From Dehalococcoidia bacterium (GTDB taxonomy: Bacteria; Chloroflexota; Dehalococcoidia; Lucifugimonadales; UBA3495): a stretch of DNA of 63,160 bases. Positions 1 to 9,291 of the stretch are shown one piece after another. Below the pieces are notes generated by a model that saw nothing but the letters and a program-made list of their open reading frames with translations, searched no databases and was not told the DNA's origin. The stretch is taken from positions 1 to 63,160 of the forward strand of contig JASLXV010000095.1 of NCBI GenBank assembly GCA_030740155.1, given 5' to 3'. Both the position numbers and the translations under genes were made by a program. The number at the start of each line of letters is the position of its first letter. Position 1 is the first letter of the stretch.

Positions 1-2
1 AC

Positions 3-602
3 GGCTTTCTGTCCCCGGGAATGCCCGGCTACCTCGCGGATTTTCCAGACATCCCCTATGATCCGGAGGAGGCCCGCCAGCTTCTGGTCAGCTCTGAATA
101 TGGCGGCCCAGAGGGGCTGCCGCCCATCGTGTACACGACCTCTGGCCAGGGCAGCGCGGACGCTGTGATGGGGGCGACGGTGGATATGTGGCGCACCAAC
201 CTGGGCGTGGAGGTCACCGTCCGCCAGATCGAATCGGAGAGCTACTTCGACCAGATCGCGGTTGAGGTGGACAACCTGTTCGACTATGGCTGGATCGCCG
301 ACTACCCGGACCCGGAGAACTTCCTCGATATCCTGTTCTACAGCGCAAGCAGCAACAACCACACCAATTACAGCAATCCCGTGGTGGACCGGCTACTGGA
401 GCAGGCGCGCACCGAGACCGACCAGGTTGCCCGTTACCAGCTGTACAACCGGGTTGAGCAAATGGTCATCGACGACGCTCCCTGGATACCTCTCTGGTAC
501 AGCGGCGAGCGATTTGTGCTGGTCAAGCCTAGCGTGCGTGATTACTTCTTGACTCCCCTGTATATCCCCAGCCTGCGGTACGTATACCTAGCCGAAGAGT
601 AG
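3..602 (+). CDS. ABC transporter substrate-binding protein, peptide/nickel family 5 (C-terminal part; 5' end outside window)
   Basis: GWIADYPDPENFL and DAPWIPL motifs; frame is open to the window edge; followed by two permeases. Confidence 0.9.
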   Translation, partial: GFLSPGMPGYLADFPDIPYDPEEARQLLVSSEYGGPEGLPPIVYTTSGQGSADAVMGATVDMWRTNLGVEVTVRQIESESYFDQIAVEVDNLFDYGWIADYPDPENFLDILFYSASSNNHTNYSNPVVDRLLEQARTETDQVARYQLYNRVEQMVIDDAPWIPLWYSGERFVLVKPSVRDYFLTPLYIPSLRYVYLAEE

Positions 603-616
603 GAGGCTACCCCGAG

Positions 617-1564
617 TTGAGAGCCTACATCTTCCGCCGGCTGGCCTGGTTGCCCTTGATACTGCTCATCACCACCTTCATCACGTTCATGCTGGGCCGG
701 TTCGGCCCCGGCGACCCGGTGGAGATCCTCATGGGCCAGCACTCTGACCCCAGGGTCGTCGAGCGGATCCGTGAGCAGCGGGGGTTGAACGACAACGTGC
801 TGCTCCAGTACGGCCGCTACTTGAAGAACGTGACCCGGGGCGATTTCGGCGAGAGCTATAAGTACAGGGGCCGCACCGTCGGTGAATTGCTCAAGAAAAA
901 GATGTGGGTGTCCGGCCAGCTGAACATCGCCGCCTTGATGATATCGGTGGGGTTGGGTATCCCAATTGGGCTCTTCGCCGCCCTGAAACAGGGGACGCTG
1001 TGGGACACTGCGGCCGTGGTGGCCACCCTGATTGGCCAGTCGCTGCCGGTATTCCTCACCGCCCCAACTTTGCTGCTGGTATTCGCCCTCAAGCTGGATG
1101 TGCTGCCGACCCACGGTTGGGGCGGCTTCTTCGACACCAGGATCATCCTGCCCGCCGTGGCCATGGGCATTCCCGGTGTTGCCATTATGACCCGGCTGAC
1201 CCGGGCGAGCACCTTGGACGTGGTGACCCAGGATTATATACGAACGGCCCGGGCCAAAGGACTGCCGGAGCGAATTGTGCGGAGCCGGCATATTCTCCGC
1301 AACTCATTGATCCCCGTGGTGACCACGCTGGGGTTTTCTTTGGCCGGCTTGGCGTTCACCTCATTCATAGTGGAGCGGTTCTTCGGCATACCGGGGGTGG
1401 GCAGTCTCTTCATCGAGGCGATCTTCGCCAGGGACTATCCGATCATCAATGCGATCATCATCATCGGCACCACCATGTTCGTTCTGGCCAACCTGGTGGT
1501 GGACCTGATTTACCCGTTGATGGACCCGCGCATCCGGCTGGGAGGCAGCTACGTTGCGGGATGA
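617..1564 (+). CDS. ABC transporter permease, OppB/DppB type
   Basis: PGDP motif, GDFGESY, DYIRTARAKGL, RDYPII...DPRIR; multiple TM segments. Confidence 0.93.
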   Translation: MRAYIFRRLAWLPLILLITTFITFMLGRFGPGDPVEILMGQHSDPRVVERIREQRGLNDNVLLQYGRYLKNVTRGDFGESYKYRGRTVGELLKKKMWVSGQLNIAALMISVGLGIPIGLFAALKQGTLWDTAAVVATLIGQSLPVFLTAPTLLLVFALKLDVLPTHGWGGFFDTRIILPAVAMGIPGVAIMTRLTRASTLDVVTQDYIRTARAKGLPERIVRSRHILRNSLIPVVTTLGFSLAGLAFTSFIVERFFGIPGVGSLFIEAIFARDYPIINAIIIIGTTMFVLANLVVDLIYPLMDPRIRLGGSYVAG

Positions 1565-2516
1565 GGCGCGGGCCCCGGTCCTCAACATGCCCACTCGGGG
1601 CCAGAGCTACTGGGCGCTCTCCCTGCGGCGGCTGTTGCGCAAGAAGCTGGGTGTCGCCTGCCTCGCCGTGATCTTGCTGATGTACGGCTCGGGTGTCCTG
1701 GCTCCCCTGGTGACACCCTACGGCTACAACGACCAGAATCTGAGCATGGCCAAGCAGGGCCCTAGCGCGAGCCATCCCTTTGGGACCGACCGGCTGGGCC
1801 GCGATATCCTGACTCGGATCATCTACGGGTTGAGGACCACGGTGATTATCACCGTGACCACCCTGGTCACCGGCAGCCTGGTGCTGGGCATCACCCTGGG
1901 CCTGGTGGCCGGCTACTTCGGCAGGCTCATCGACACCATCATCATGCGGGTGGGGGAGGTGACCTCGGCCTTCCCCGAGATATTCCTGGTTCTGATCATC
2001 GTCGCAACGGTGAAACCGCCCATCACCGAGTGGGTGCGCGGAATCGAGGATGCCGTCGGGTTCGATATCGTGCGGCTCGGGATCGTGGACTATATGGTCA
2101 TCGCATTGGCATTGTCCATCTTCTCCTGGTTCGGCATGGCGCGGCTGGTGCGCGGCCAGGTGCTTCAGGTGCGGGAGAACCAGTATGTGGAGGCCGCCCG
2201 GGCCGTCGGCGTGTCCACCCCCTGGATTCTGGCGAGGCACGTGTTTCCCAACGTCATTGGGCCGGTGATCGTGGTCAGCTCGGCGGGACTGGCGGGCATA
2301 GCCGGGTCGGAGATCTTCCTTAGCTGGCTGGGCATCGGCATTCAGCCGCCGACTCCCAGCCTTGGGTTGATGATCTTCGAGAACGGCAGCATCTCGGTCC
2401 TGCGGACCAATCCCCACCTTTTGCTGTTCCCGGTGGGGACGCTGGCGTTGCTTCTGTTCACCTTCAACCTGCTGGGAGACGCGATGAACGACGCCTTCAA
2501 CCCCCGTACTCGTTGA
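1554..2516 (+). CDS. ABC transporter permease, OppC/DppC type
   Basis: HPFGTDRLGRD, QYVEAARAVG, FNLLGDAMNDAFNP; overlaps upstream permease. Confidence 0.93.
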   Translation: MRDEARAPVLNMPTRGQSYWALSLRRLLRKKLGVACLAVILLMYGSGVLAPLVTPYGYNDQNLSMAKQGPSASHPFGTDRLGRDILTRIIYGLRTTVIITVTTLVTGSLVLGITLGLVAGYFGRLIDTIIMRVGEVTSAFPEIFLVLIIVATVKPPITEWVRGIEDAVGFDIVRLGIVDYMVIALALSIFSWFGMARLVRGQVLQVRENQYVEAARAVGVSTPWILARHVFPNVIGPVIVVSSAGLAGIAGSEIFLSWLGIGIQPPTPSLGLMIFENGSISVLRTNPHLLLFPVGTLALLLFTFNLLGDAMNDAFNPRTR

Positions 2517-2553
2517 AGGGGCCGCTGGTCAGTAAAAAGGGGTCTTGCACCGG

Positions 2554-2581
2554 GTAGGGGCGGTGCATGCACCGCCCCTAC
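2554..2581. repeat. GTAG-type REP-like perfect palindrome
   Basis: GTAGGGGCGGTGCATGCACCGCCCCTAC between convergent genes; supplies the TAG stop of the peptidase gene. Confidence 0.8.
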
Positions 2582-4029
2582 GGTTCAGTCGATACGCATT
2601 GCCTGACCACCCGCCGGCGGCGGAAGGCCCCGAACGAGAGCAGCCCGAGCGGCCCGCCCAGCAGCAGCAGGGTGCCGAGACCCGCGGCGCCGCCATCCTG
2701 GCCGGGCATCGGCGCGGTGCATCCTCCGCCCGAGGTTGCGCCGCCGTCCTCGTCTTCCGTGGAAGCGACCTGGGTGGGCTCGGGCTGAGGCGTGGGTTCC
2801 GGAGTGGGCGTCGGCATCGTCGTGGGAGTGGGCTCCGGCGGGGCCGTAGGTTCCGGAGCGGGCTCCGGTGTCGGCGTCGGCGGCTCCTGAAGCTGGCGCG
2901 CCAACTCTTCGGGGGGTGGCAACGTTTCGATTCCCACGGCTTCCCGCCATTCGGTGTCCAGCCCGTACTGGTCGAACCCGTATACCTGAGTCAGCGCCGC
3001 GTCGATATCAAGGGTCTGCTGGATGACCTGCATCAGTTCAGCCATCTTCTCCGGCCCATACCGGTTGATCATCAGCCCCACCACGGACCGGCCCTGCCCG
3101 TAGGCGATGATGATATCGTCCGGGGTCCCACCGAAGGCCCCCAGGTACCAGAGAGGCTTGAGCCGGCGGGTGAAAATTCCGTAGCGCAGGGCCGAATCGT
3201 AGCTGTCCGTTGGGTCGATGTTGCCATACTCGGCCAGGCCCTCGTTCAGCCAGGCCGGTATCTGGGAAACGGCCCGGCCGGCGGCCTCCGCCACCAGCAA
3301 GTGGACAAACTCGTGGGACGTCGTGCCTTTGACCGTGGGGTCGAAGGCGTGCACCAGCAGGACCCGCTCGTCGGTGAAGGCCATCCCCTGGGTCTGCAGC
3401 AGCTCCCGCACGGCCTGGGCCCTGAAGGGCAGCGCGGCGGACATGTGACGGTAGTTGTTGTAAGAGACGATGCGCAGCGGCTCCGTGGGCTCGATGCCCA
3501 ATACGGGCACCATGAGTGCCATGGCCTCATCGGCGGCCTCCAATACAGTCCGGGCCCGCTGTTCCACGTAGTCGCCGTAGTAGTGGACGGTTATCAAGCC
3601 GGAGGAGACCGTGAGCCAATCAAACCGGCTGTCGGAGTAGATGAATTCCTCGTCCGGGGTCCGGAGGACCCCTCCCGCTGAGTCCCGAATTTCGAAGGAA
3701 AACTCGATTCGAGTGCCGGGCGGGTAGTAGTCCGCTCCGCCGCTGCCGCTGCGCAAGAGGGACTCGCCGGTCACCTCTTTCCCTGGCTCGAACTCCACTG
3801 TCCGGTAGGCGCTCCGGCCGGCCTGATCCGCCTTCCTGATAAAGACCCGGATATCGTCGATTTCATCGGAGCTGCGCGCCGTGATGGAGAACATGATGCC
3901 GTCGGGGAACTGGCTTTCCGCTCCCGTGGACAACACTTCAATGTCCGGGGTGTCGGCCCGGATGGTGGCCCCAGGAACAAAAAGCGCACCCGCCGATCCC
4001 AGAATCAGGAGCAAAACCAATATCCGCAC
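2578..4029 (-). CDS. Secreted peptidase MA-like (gluzincin) metallopeptidase with Pro/Thr linker and C-terminal membrane anchor
   Basis: N-terminal signal peptide, HEFVH + WLNEGLAEY, PTPTPEP-rich linker, SGGGC-TM-RRRR tail. Confidence 0.88.
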   Translation of the reverse strand: MRILVLLLILGSAGALFVPGATIRADTPDIEVLSTGAESQFPDGIMFSITARSSDEIDDIRVFIRKADQAGRSAYRTVEFEPGKEVTGESLLRSGSGGADYYPPGTRIEFSFEIRDSAGGVLRTPDEEFIYSDSRFDWLTVSSGLITVHYYGDYVEQRARTVLEAADEAMALMVPVLGIEPTEPLRIVSYNNYRHMSAALPFRAQAVRELLQTQGMAFTDERVLLVHAFDPTVKGTTSHEFVHLLVAEAAGRAVSQIPAWLNEGLAEYGNIDPTDSYDSALRYGIFTRRLKPLWYLGAFGGTPDDIIIAYGQGRSVVGLMINRYGPEKMAELMQVIQQTLDIDAALTQVYGFDQYGLDTEWREAVGIETLPPPEELARQLQEPPTPTPEPAPEPTAPPEPTPTTMPTPTPEPTPQPEPTQVASTEDEDGGATSGGGCTAPMPGQDGGAAGLGTLLLLGGPLGLLSFGAFRRRRVVRQCVSTEP

Positions 4030-4224
4030 GACGCCTCCCTCAGAGCAAGTCTACCCCATACCTACGCCTTTGTCGAAGGAGCAGACTCCTCGCATCAAGC
4101 GCTGTAACCGGGCCGGGCCGGCCGCCGGCACGCCCGCTTCCGGGCCTGGTTCACGGCGTGGTAACATGTTCGATACCGTGTCCGGTGAGCGGGTTGCCGG
4201 CCCGGCCTTTCCGGAGGTGCAGCC

Positions 4225-5091
4225 ATGGCGAAAGTAACCCAGCGGTGCCACCAGGCCACCGGCCGCACCACGTTTATCTGCGACTTTTCACCACCTCGCT
4301 CCGGCGACCCGGCGATGCTCCGGCAGGCCGCCATCGACGCGGATTTCATCTCCGTGGCCTATAACCCCGGTAGAGCGGTGCGGGTCAACTCGGCGATGCT
4401 GGCGGCCGCGATCAAGCAGCATACGGGCCAAGGCGTGTCGTTCACCCTGGCGACCCGCGACATGAACCGTCTGGCGCTCCAATCGTTGTTGCTGGGGGCC
4501 CAGCTTCTGGGCGTGGAGAACGTCGTGGTGGTCCAGGGAGACCCGTTCACGGAGCGAGACCTGGCCCTGGTCAAGGCCGCCGGCGACATCACTCCCACCG
4601 GCCTGATCGCGGCCATCGCCGGGATGAACCAGGGGGTGGATTTCCGGGGCTCGAAGCTGCGGGCGGCCACCGAATTCTGCACGGGCGCCACCGTGGACCT
4701 GGGCCGGGGAATCCAGGAAGAGGCCGGTTTGGCCCGTCGCAAGGTCTTGGCCGGCGCCCAGTTCTTGATCACTCAGCCCATCTTCGACGTGGAAGACGCC
4801 GCCCGCTTCCGGGACGCCTACGCCGACGTGGCCGGGGAGCCGCTCGGTATCCCGGTGTTTTTCGGCCTCCAGGTCCTAGAGCCTGACGGCATCATCTTCA
4901 GCTCGGTGCCCGAGGGCGTGCGCCGGGAACTGGCCCAGGGCCGTTCGGGAGTGGCAATCGCGTTGGAGCTATGCGGGAGGTTCCAGGAGAGCGGCCTGCA
5001 CGACATCTACTTGGTTCCGCCCATCCGGCGCGGCGGCGCCCGCGATTACCAAGCGGCTCAGGAGGTGCTGGCGGGGGTGAAGCGCGTTTAG
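4225..5091 (+). CDS. metF: Methylenetetrahydrofolate reductase family protein
   Basis: TRDMNRLALQSLLLGA, VVQGDP, KVLAGAQFLITQPIFD. Confidence 0.8.
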   Translation: MAKVTQRCHQATGRTTFICDFSPPRSGDPAMLRQAAIDADFISVAYNPGRAVRVNSAMLAAAIKQHTGQGVSFTLATRDMNRLALQSLLLGAQLLGVENVVVVQGDPFTERDLALVKAAGDITPTGLIAAIAGMNQGVDFRGSKLRAATEFCTGATVDLGRGIQEEAGLARRKVLAGAQFLITQPIFDVEDAARFRDAYADVAGEPLGIPVFFGLQVLEPDGIIFSSVPEGVRRELAQGRSGVAIALELCGRFQESGLHDIYLVPPIRRGGARDYQAAQEVLAGVKRV

Positions 5092-5106
5092 TGACTGTCT
5101 TATGCG

Positions 5107-5200
5107 GTGGTTCGACAAGCCCGACTTCGTCGAGACTCTCAATGGAATCGGATCTCGCCACGAACGGGGAGAATCCGTTCGTCCTGAGCTTGTCGAAGGA
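5107..5200. repeat. REP-like dyad (GTTCGACAAGC...GAGCTTGTCGAA family) with an internal insertion
   Basis: Inverted arms GTGGTTCGACAAGC / ACGAACGG...CCGTTCGTCCTGAGCTTGTCGAAGG; related half-copy at 54685-54711. Confidence 0.7.
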
Positions 5201-5257
5201 TGATCCACCTTGAAAATGTGGCTTTGAGATAGATTATTAGATTGACCGGCGAGCCGC

Positions 5258-6928
5258 CTATCCGCTCCAGGGCAAGGGCGCGACGCCATCGATGTCCGTC
5301 ACCACGTCAACGAGGGCGGGCCTCCCGGAGGCCAACGCCTGCTCCAGGGCGCTCTGAATCTGGCCCGGCTGGTCGACCCGGATGCCGAAACAGCCCATGG
5401 TCTCGGCCAGGTGGGCAAAGTCCACCTCCCGGAAATGCCAGATCTCGTCCGAGTTACCCGAGTATCCCTTGTAGACCCGCTCCGTTCCGCGTTTGTCCTG
5501 GTTCAGGGAGTGGTTGTTGTTGACCACGATTACGGCGTTTATGCCATACCGCGCTGCCGTCTCCAGTTCGCCGATGTGGTACCAGAGCCCGCCATCCCCA
5601 GTGAAACACACCACCGGCCGGTCGGGAAGGGCGCACTTGGCGCCAACGGTAGCGGAGAGGCCCCAGCCCAGGGAGCCGGCGGCCCGGATGTAACCCTGCC
5701 CCGGGTGTTTCAGGTCCACCATGGTCCCGGTCCATATCCCGGCGTGGCCGGTGTCCGTCACCAGCATGGCGTCAGAGGGTAGAAACTTCGCGAGTTCGGT
5801 GCAGAGGCGCTCCGGCCGGATGGGCACGGCGTCGGAGCCGGCCAGAGGGGCCACGTCGGCCCGCCACTCCCGCACCAACTCCTGGGCCCGGCCGACCCAC
5901 TCGGCCCGCCCCGCTATCGGCTCCAGGGCTTCGATCAGACGGACCAGGGTGGCCCTGGCGTCGCCCTGCAAAGCCACCTTGGTTGGGTAGCTGCGGCCCA
6001 ACTCCGTCGGGTCGATGTCGATCTGGATGACCGGGGTACCCACGGGCGGTATCCTCCAGTCCAAAGTGACCTGGTCTCCGGTGTGGCTGCCGATGAACAG
6101 AACCAGGTCGGCCTCGGCAACCACGCGATTGGCGCACCACCGGGAGTAGGAGCCGCAAACCCCGACCGACAGCGGGTGGTCGTCGGGTATGGCCCCCTTG
6201 GCGTTGAGGGATGTCGCCACCGGAATCGACAGCATCTCCGCCAGTTGCACCACCTGCTGCTGGGCCTGGGAGGCCGTGACTCCGCCGCCGGCCACGATGA
6301 CCGGGCGCCGGGCGCTAGCCAGCACCTGGGCCGCCTCCCGCACGATCTCCGGCTCGGGAACCGGACGAAAGGCGGGCCGTTGGGCGAAGGCCGGCTCCGT
6401 GAGCACAGTCAGGTCTCCTTCCGCTTCAACTATCAGTTCGCCGGAGTTTCCCTGGAAATCCAGGTGGACCGGGCCGGGGGCGCCGGTGGTGGCTTCCCGG
6501 AAGGCCTGCCGCGTCAGGTGGGGCAACTGCTCGACGCTGTCGACCACCACGCTGTACTTGGTGACGGAGCTGAAGGGCTGGGCGTGAGATATCTCCTGGT
6601 AGGAGTTGCGGTACTGGTGCATCAGAGGGCGGTGACCGGTGATGGCCACCACCGGGGAGCCGCCCAAGTAGGCGTCCTGGAGCCCCGCCGCCAGGTTGGC
6701 CGCTCCCACCGATTGAGCCATGCAAACCGAGGGCCGGTTGCAGGCGCGGGCATAGCCGTCGGCCATGTAGGCTGCGGCCTTTTCGCCGTGGGTCACGATC
6801 CGTTGGATGCCCACCCGCTCCATTTCCAGCAGAGCTTTCCTGACGACGGCCGGAACGAAGAAAGCGTGGGTTACCCCATACCCTTTCATGGTCTCCGCCA
6901 GGAACTGGCCCCCGGTCATCTTTGGCAT
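5258..6928 (-). CDS. Thiamine pyrophosphate-binding protein (acetolactate synthase large-subunit-like)
   Basis: HGEKAAAYMADGYAR, GPVHLD, GDGG...NN TPP motif; GGAGG RBS before ATG 6928. Confidence 0.92.
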   Translation of the reverse strand: MPKMTGGQFLAETMKGYGVTHAFFVPAVVRKALLEMERVGIQRIVTHGEKAAAYMADGYARACNRPSVCMAQSVGAANLAAGLQDAYLGGSPVVAITGHRPLMHQYRNSYQEISHAQPFSSVTKYSVVVDSVEQLPHLTRQAFREATTGAPGPVHLDFQGNSGELIVEAEGDLTVLTEPAFAQRPAFRPVPEPEIVREAAQVLASARRPVIVAGGGVTASQAQQQVVQLAEMLSIPVATSLNAKGAIPDDHPLSVGVCGSYSRWCANRVVAEADLVLFIGSHTGDQVTLDWRIPPVGTPVIQIDIDPTELGRSYPTKVALQGDARATLVRLIEALEPIAGRAEWVGRAQELVREWRADVAPLAGSDAVPIRPERLCTELAKFLPSDAMLVTDTGHAGIWTGTMVDLKHPGQGYIRAAGSLGWGLSATVGAKCALPDRPVVCFTGDGGLWYHIGELETAARYGINAVIVVNNNHSLNQDKRGTERVYKGYSGNSDEIWHFREVDFAHLAETMGCFGIRVDQPGQIQSALEQALASGRPALVDVVTDIDGVAPLPWSG

Positions 6929-7226
6929 GGTTTGACCTCCAGTGAAAAGTTGGCCGCGCCGCCGGCCGGGCATTGGCCCGGGTGCGCCGGCGCCGAACTA
7001 ATTCGAACGAAACGGCCCGTCTCGCCGGATACCGGGAGGTATCAGCGACAGAAGCGGACCCAGCCCGCCGGGGAACTGTGGCTATCTTGCTCCCGCTGCC
7101 GCCGCCGGTCAAGCTCCCGGGCTCAGCCGCGCAGTTCGATCCTGGTAGGTTAACTACCTACTGCTGGATCGGAGATACACTCGTCACGCAATTCGCGGAC
7201 GTTGGTGGTCAGGCATTAGGCAAGCC

Positions 7227-8456
7227 TCAGATGATCCCCTCCTGTTTCAACCGTTGAACGTCGTCCTCGGACATTCCCAGCCGCTCGGCGTATATCTCGT
7301 GATTATGCGCCCCCATCTCGGTTGGACCGGTGAAGCGGATCTTGCCCGGCGTCTGGCTCATTAGCGGGAAGGTGTTCTGCATGCGGATCGTTCCCAAATC
7401 CGGGTCTTCCACCGGCACTATCGATTCGCGGGATTTGGCCTGCGGGTCCTCCATGAATTCGGCGATGTTGTAGACTGGGCCGATGGCGGCTTGCGCCTGC
7501 TCAAACCGCTCGAGTACAGTTTCCCTGGGGTATTGGCGAATCCATTCCGTCACCAGGGCATCCACCTCGTCGGCGTGCTGGGCGCGAGCCGCGGGCGTGG
7601 CGTACCGGGGATCGTCGGCCAGTTCGTCGCCGCCCACGAGCTGCATCACCCGACGGGCGATGGATTGCGTGGTCGCGGAAAGCGCAACCCACTTGCCGTC
7701 GCTGCACAGATATAAGTTCCGAGGTCCGCCGCCTCCGCTGCGGTTGCCACGACGGTTCTGGATAATACCGGTCTGGTCGTACGCCAACGGCTGCGCTCCC
7801 AGGATGAACGACATTGGCTCGTATAGGGAGACATCGATCTCTTGGCCAACCCCGGCGCCGGCCACGTCGCGGTAGTAAACAGCGAACATGGCGCCGAACA
7901 AGCCAAACAAGCCGGCAATGCCGTCCGCCAGGGCGAGAGGTGGTAGTGTCGGGGGACCGTCCGGCTGCCCGGTGATGTGCGCGAATCCGCTCATGGCCTC
8001 GGCCAATGTGCCAAACCCCGGCCGGCTTTTGTAAGGGCCGGTCTGGCCAAAGCCGCTGACCCTCACCATTATCAGACGGGGGTTGACGGCCTTCAGGTCC
8101 TCATACCCAAGCCCCCAACGTTCCATCGTGCCGGGGCGAAAGGCCTCGATCAGGATATCCGTGTCCTTGACCAGCCGTTTGAATATCTCGCCGCCCTCCG
8201 GGCTGCCCAGGTCCAAGGTAATGCACTTCTTGTTCCTGGAGTGAAACTTCCACGCCAGCGGTACTCCATCTTTGACCGCGCCCACCGACCGCAGATTATC
8301 TCCATACTTTGGATGCTCTACCTTTATCACCTCGGCGCCAAAATCCCCCATAAGAGTTGCCGGCATGGCCCCGGCGAAAAGCTGGCTGGTGTCCAGAATC
8401 TTCAACCCTTCAAGTGCCGTGCCGTTGCCGCCGGCAAAATTCGCGCCCAGAGTCAT
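7227..8456 (-). CDS. CaiB/BaiF family III CoA-transferase
   Basis: GAEVIKVEHP, RNKKCITLDL, FRPGTMERWGL, SGFGQTGPY. Confidence 0.93.
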   Translation of the reverse strand: MTLGANFAGGNGTALEGLKILDTSQLFAGAMPATLMGDFGAEVIKVEHPKYGDNLRSVGAVKDGVPLAWKFHSRNKKCITLDLGSPEGGEIFKRLVKDTDILIEAFRPGTMERWGLGYEDLKAVNPRLIMVRVSGFGQTGPYKSRPGFGTLAEAMSGFAHITGQPDGPPTLPPLALADGIAGLFGLFGAMFAVYYRDVAGAGVGQEIDVSLYEPMSFILGAQPLAYDQTGIIQNRRGNRSGGGGPRNLYLCSDGKWVALSATTQSIARRVMQLVGGDELADDPRYATPAARAQHADEVDALVTEWIRQYPRETVLERFEQAQAAIGPVYNIAEFMEDPQAKSRESIVPVEDPDLGTIRMQNTFPLMSQTPGKIRFTGPTEMGAHNHEIYAERLGMSEDDVQRLKQEGII

Positions 8457-9291
8457 GCTTCACCTCCTAGTACTACGAAACCACGGTACTACGGAACCGC
8501 TGGTTGGGAAAGCGGTCCGAACCGGTCCGCCCACTGCATCCGTGGAGTGAACTGGCGGTTGGCGGGTTCTTCCGGTGATTCAAGGATTGGCCCATTCCGC
8601 CTCAGAGTCCACTGCGCCCAGGCTATCACTTCCCGAGGCGCGGAGAAACCATCATTACTTGAATCCGCCCCGCCGGTACGCCGGGCAGCGGCACCCTGGA
8701 AACCCAAAGCCCGGCCAAGAGGGTCATCGCAAGACCACTGGTCGCCACCAATGCCGGGCTAACGACGCGTCCCGATTCCGGGTGGTGGTTGGGGCTACTG
8801 CTGCCTGGTTACAGTGATGGATGACTACTCCATGCCCGCTGATTTGGTCGAAGCTCTTGCCGCCCCGAATCTTCGGAGTCAACACCCAGCTATTGCTGAC
8901 ACCCCACAGCGTGATTCCTGCAAAAAATCTTCCTGCATCGACTGGGTTGAAACGGCAAAGTGCGGGGGATATAGTGGTTCTCGGTGGCATCAGCTTCGTG
9001 GTCGCCTGACCCCGCGCATTCCGCGGAGCGATGAGGCCTCGTCTCGCTGGGCCACCCTGGTTTCTGGCCGGGCCCGTGTGAGAGTAAATCCAGTTTCCCA
9101 TTTGGCTGATCGGTGAATCTGGGAGCGGGCAGAGGCAGTTCAAATACCCAGATTCCATGGTCGGTCCGATTCTCGATGGAGCGATCTGGCGGACGGCGAT
9201 GGACAACCGGGGCTTGGCGCGACAGGGCTGAGGCCTCCGCCCGGCCTTCTGAACCCTTCCCGTCGCTCCGATAATCCTGCGGTAAAGAGGT

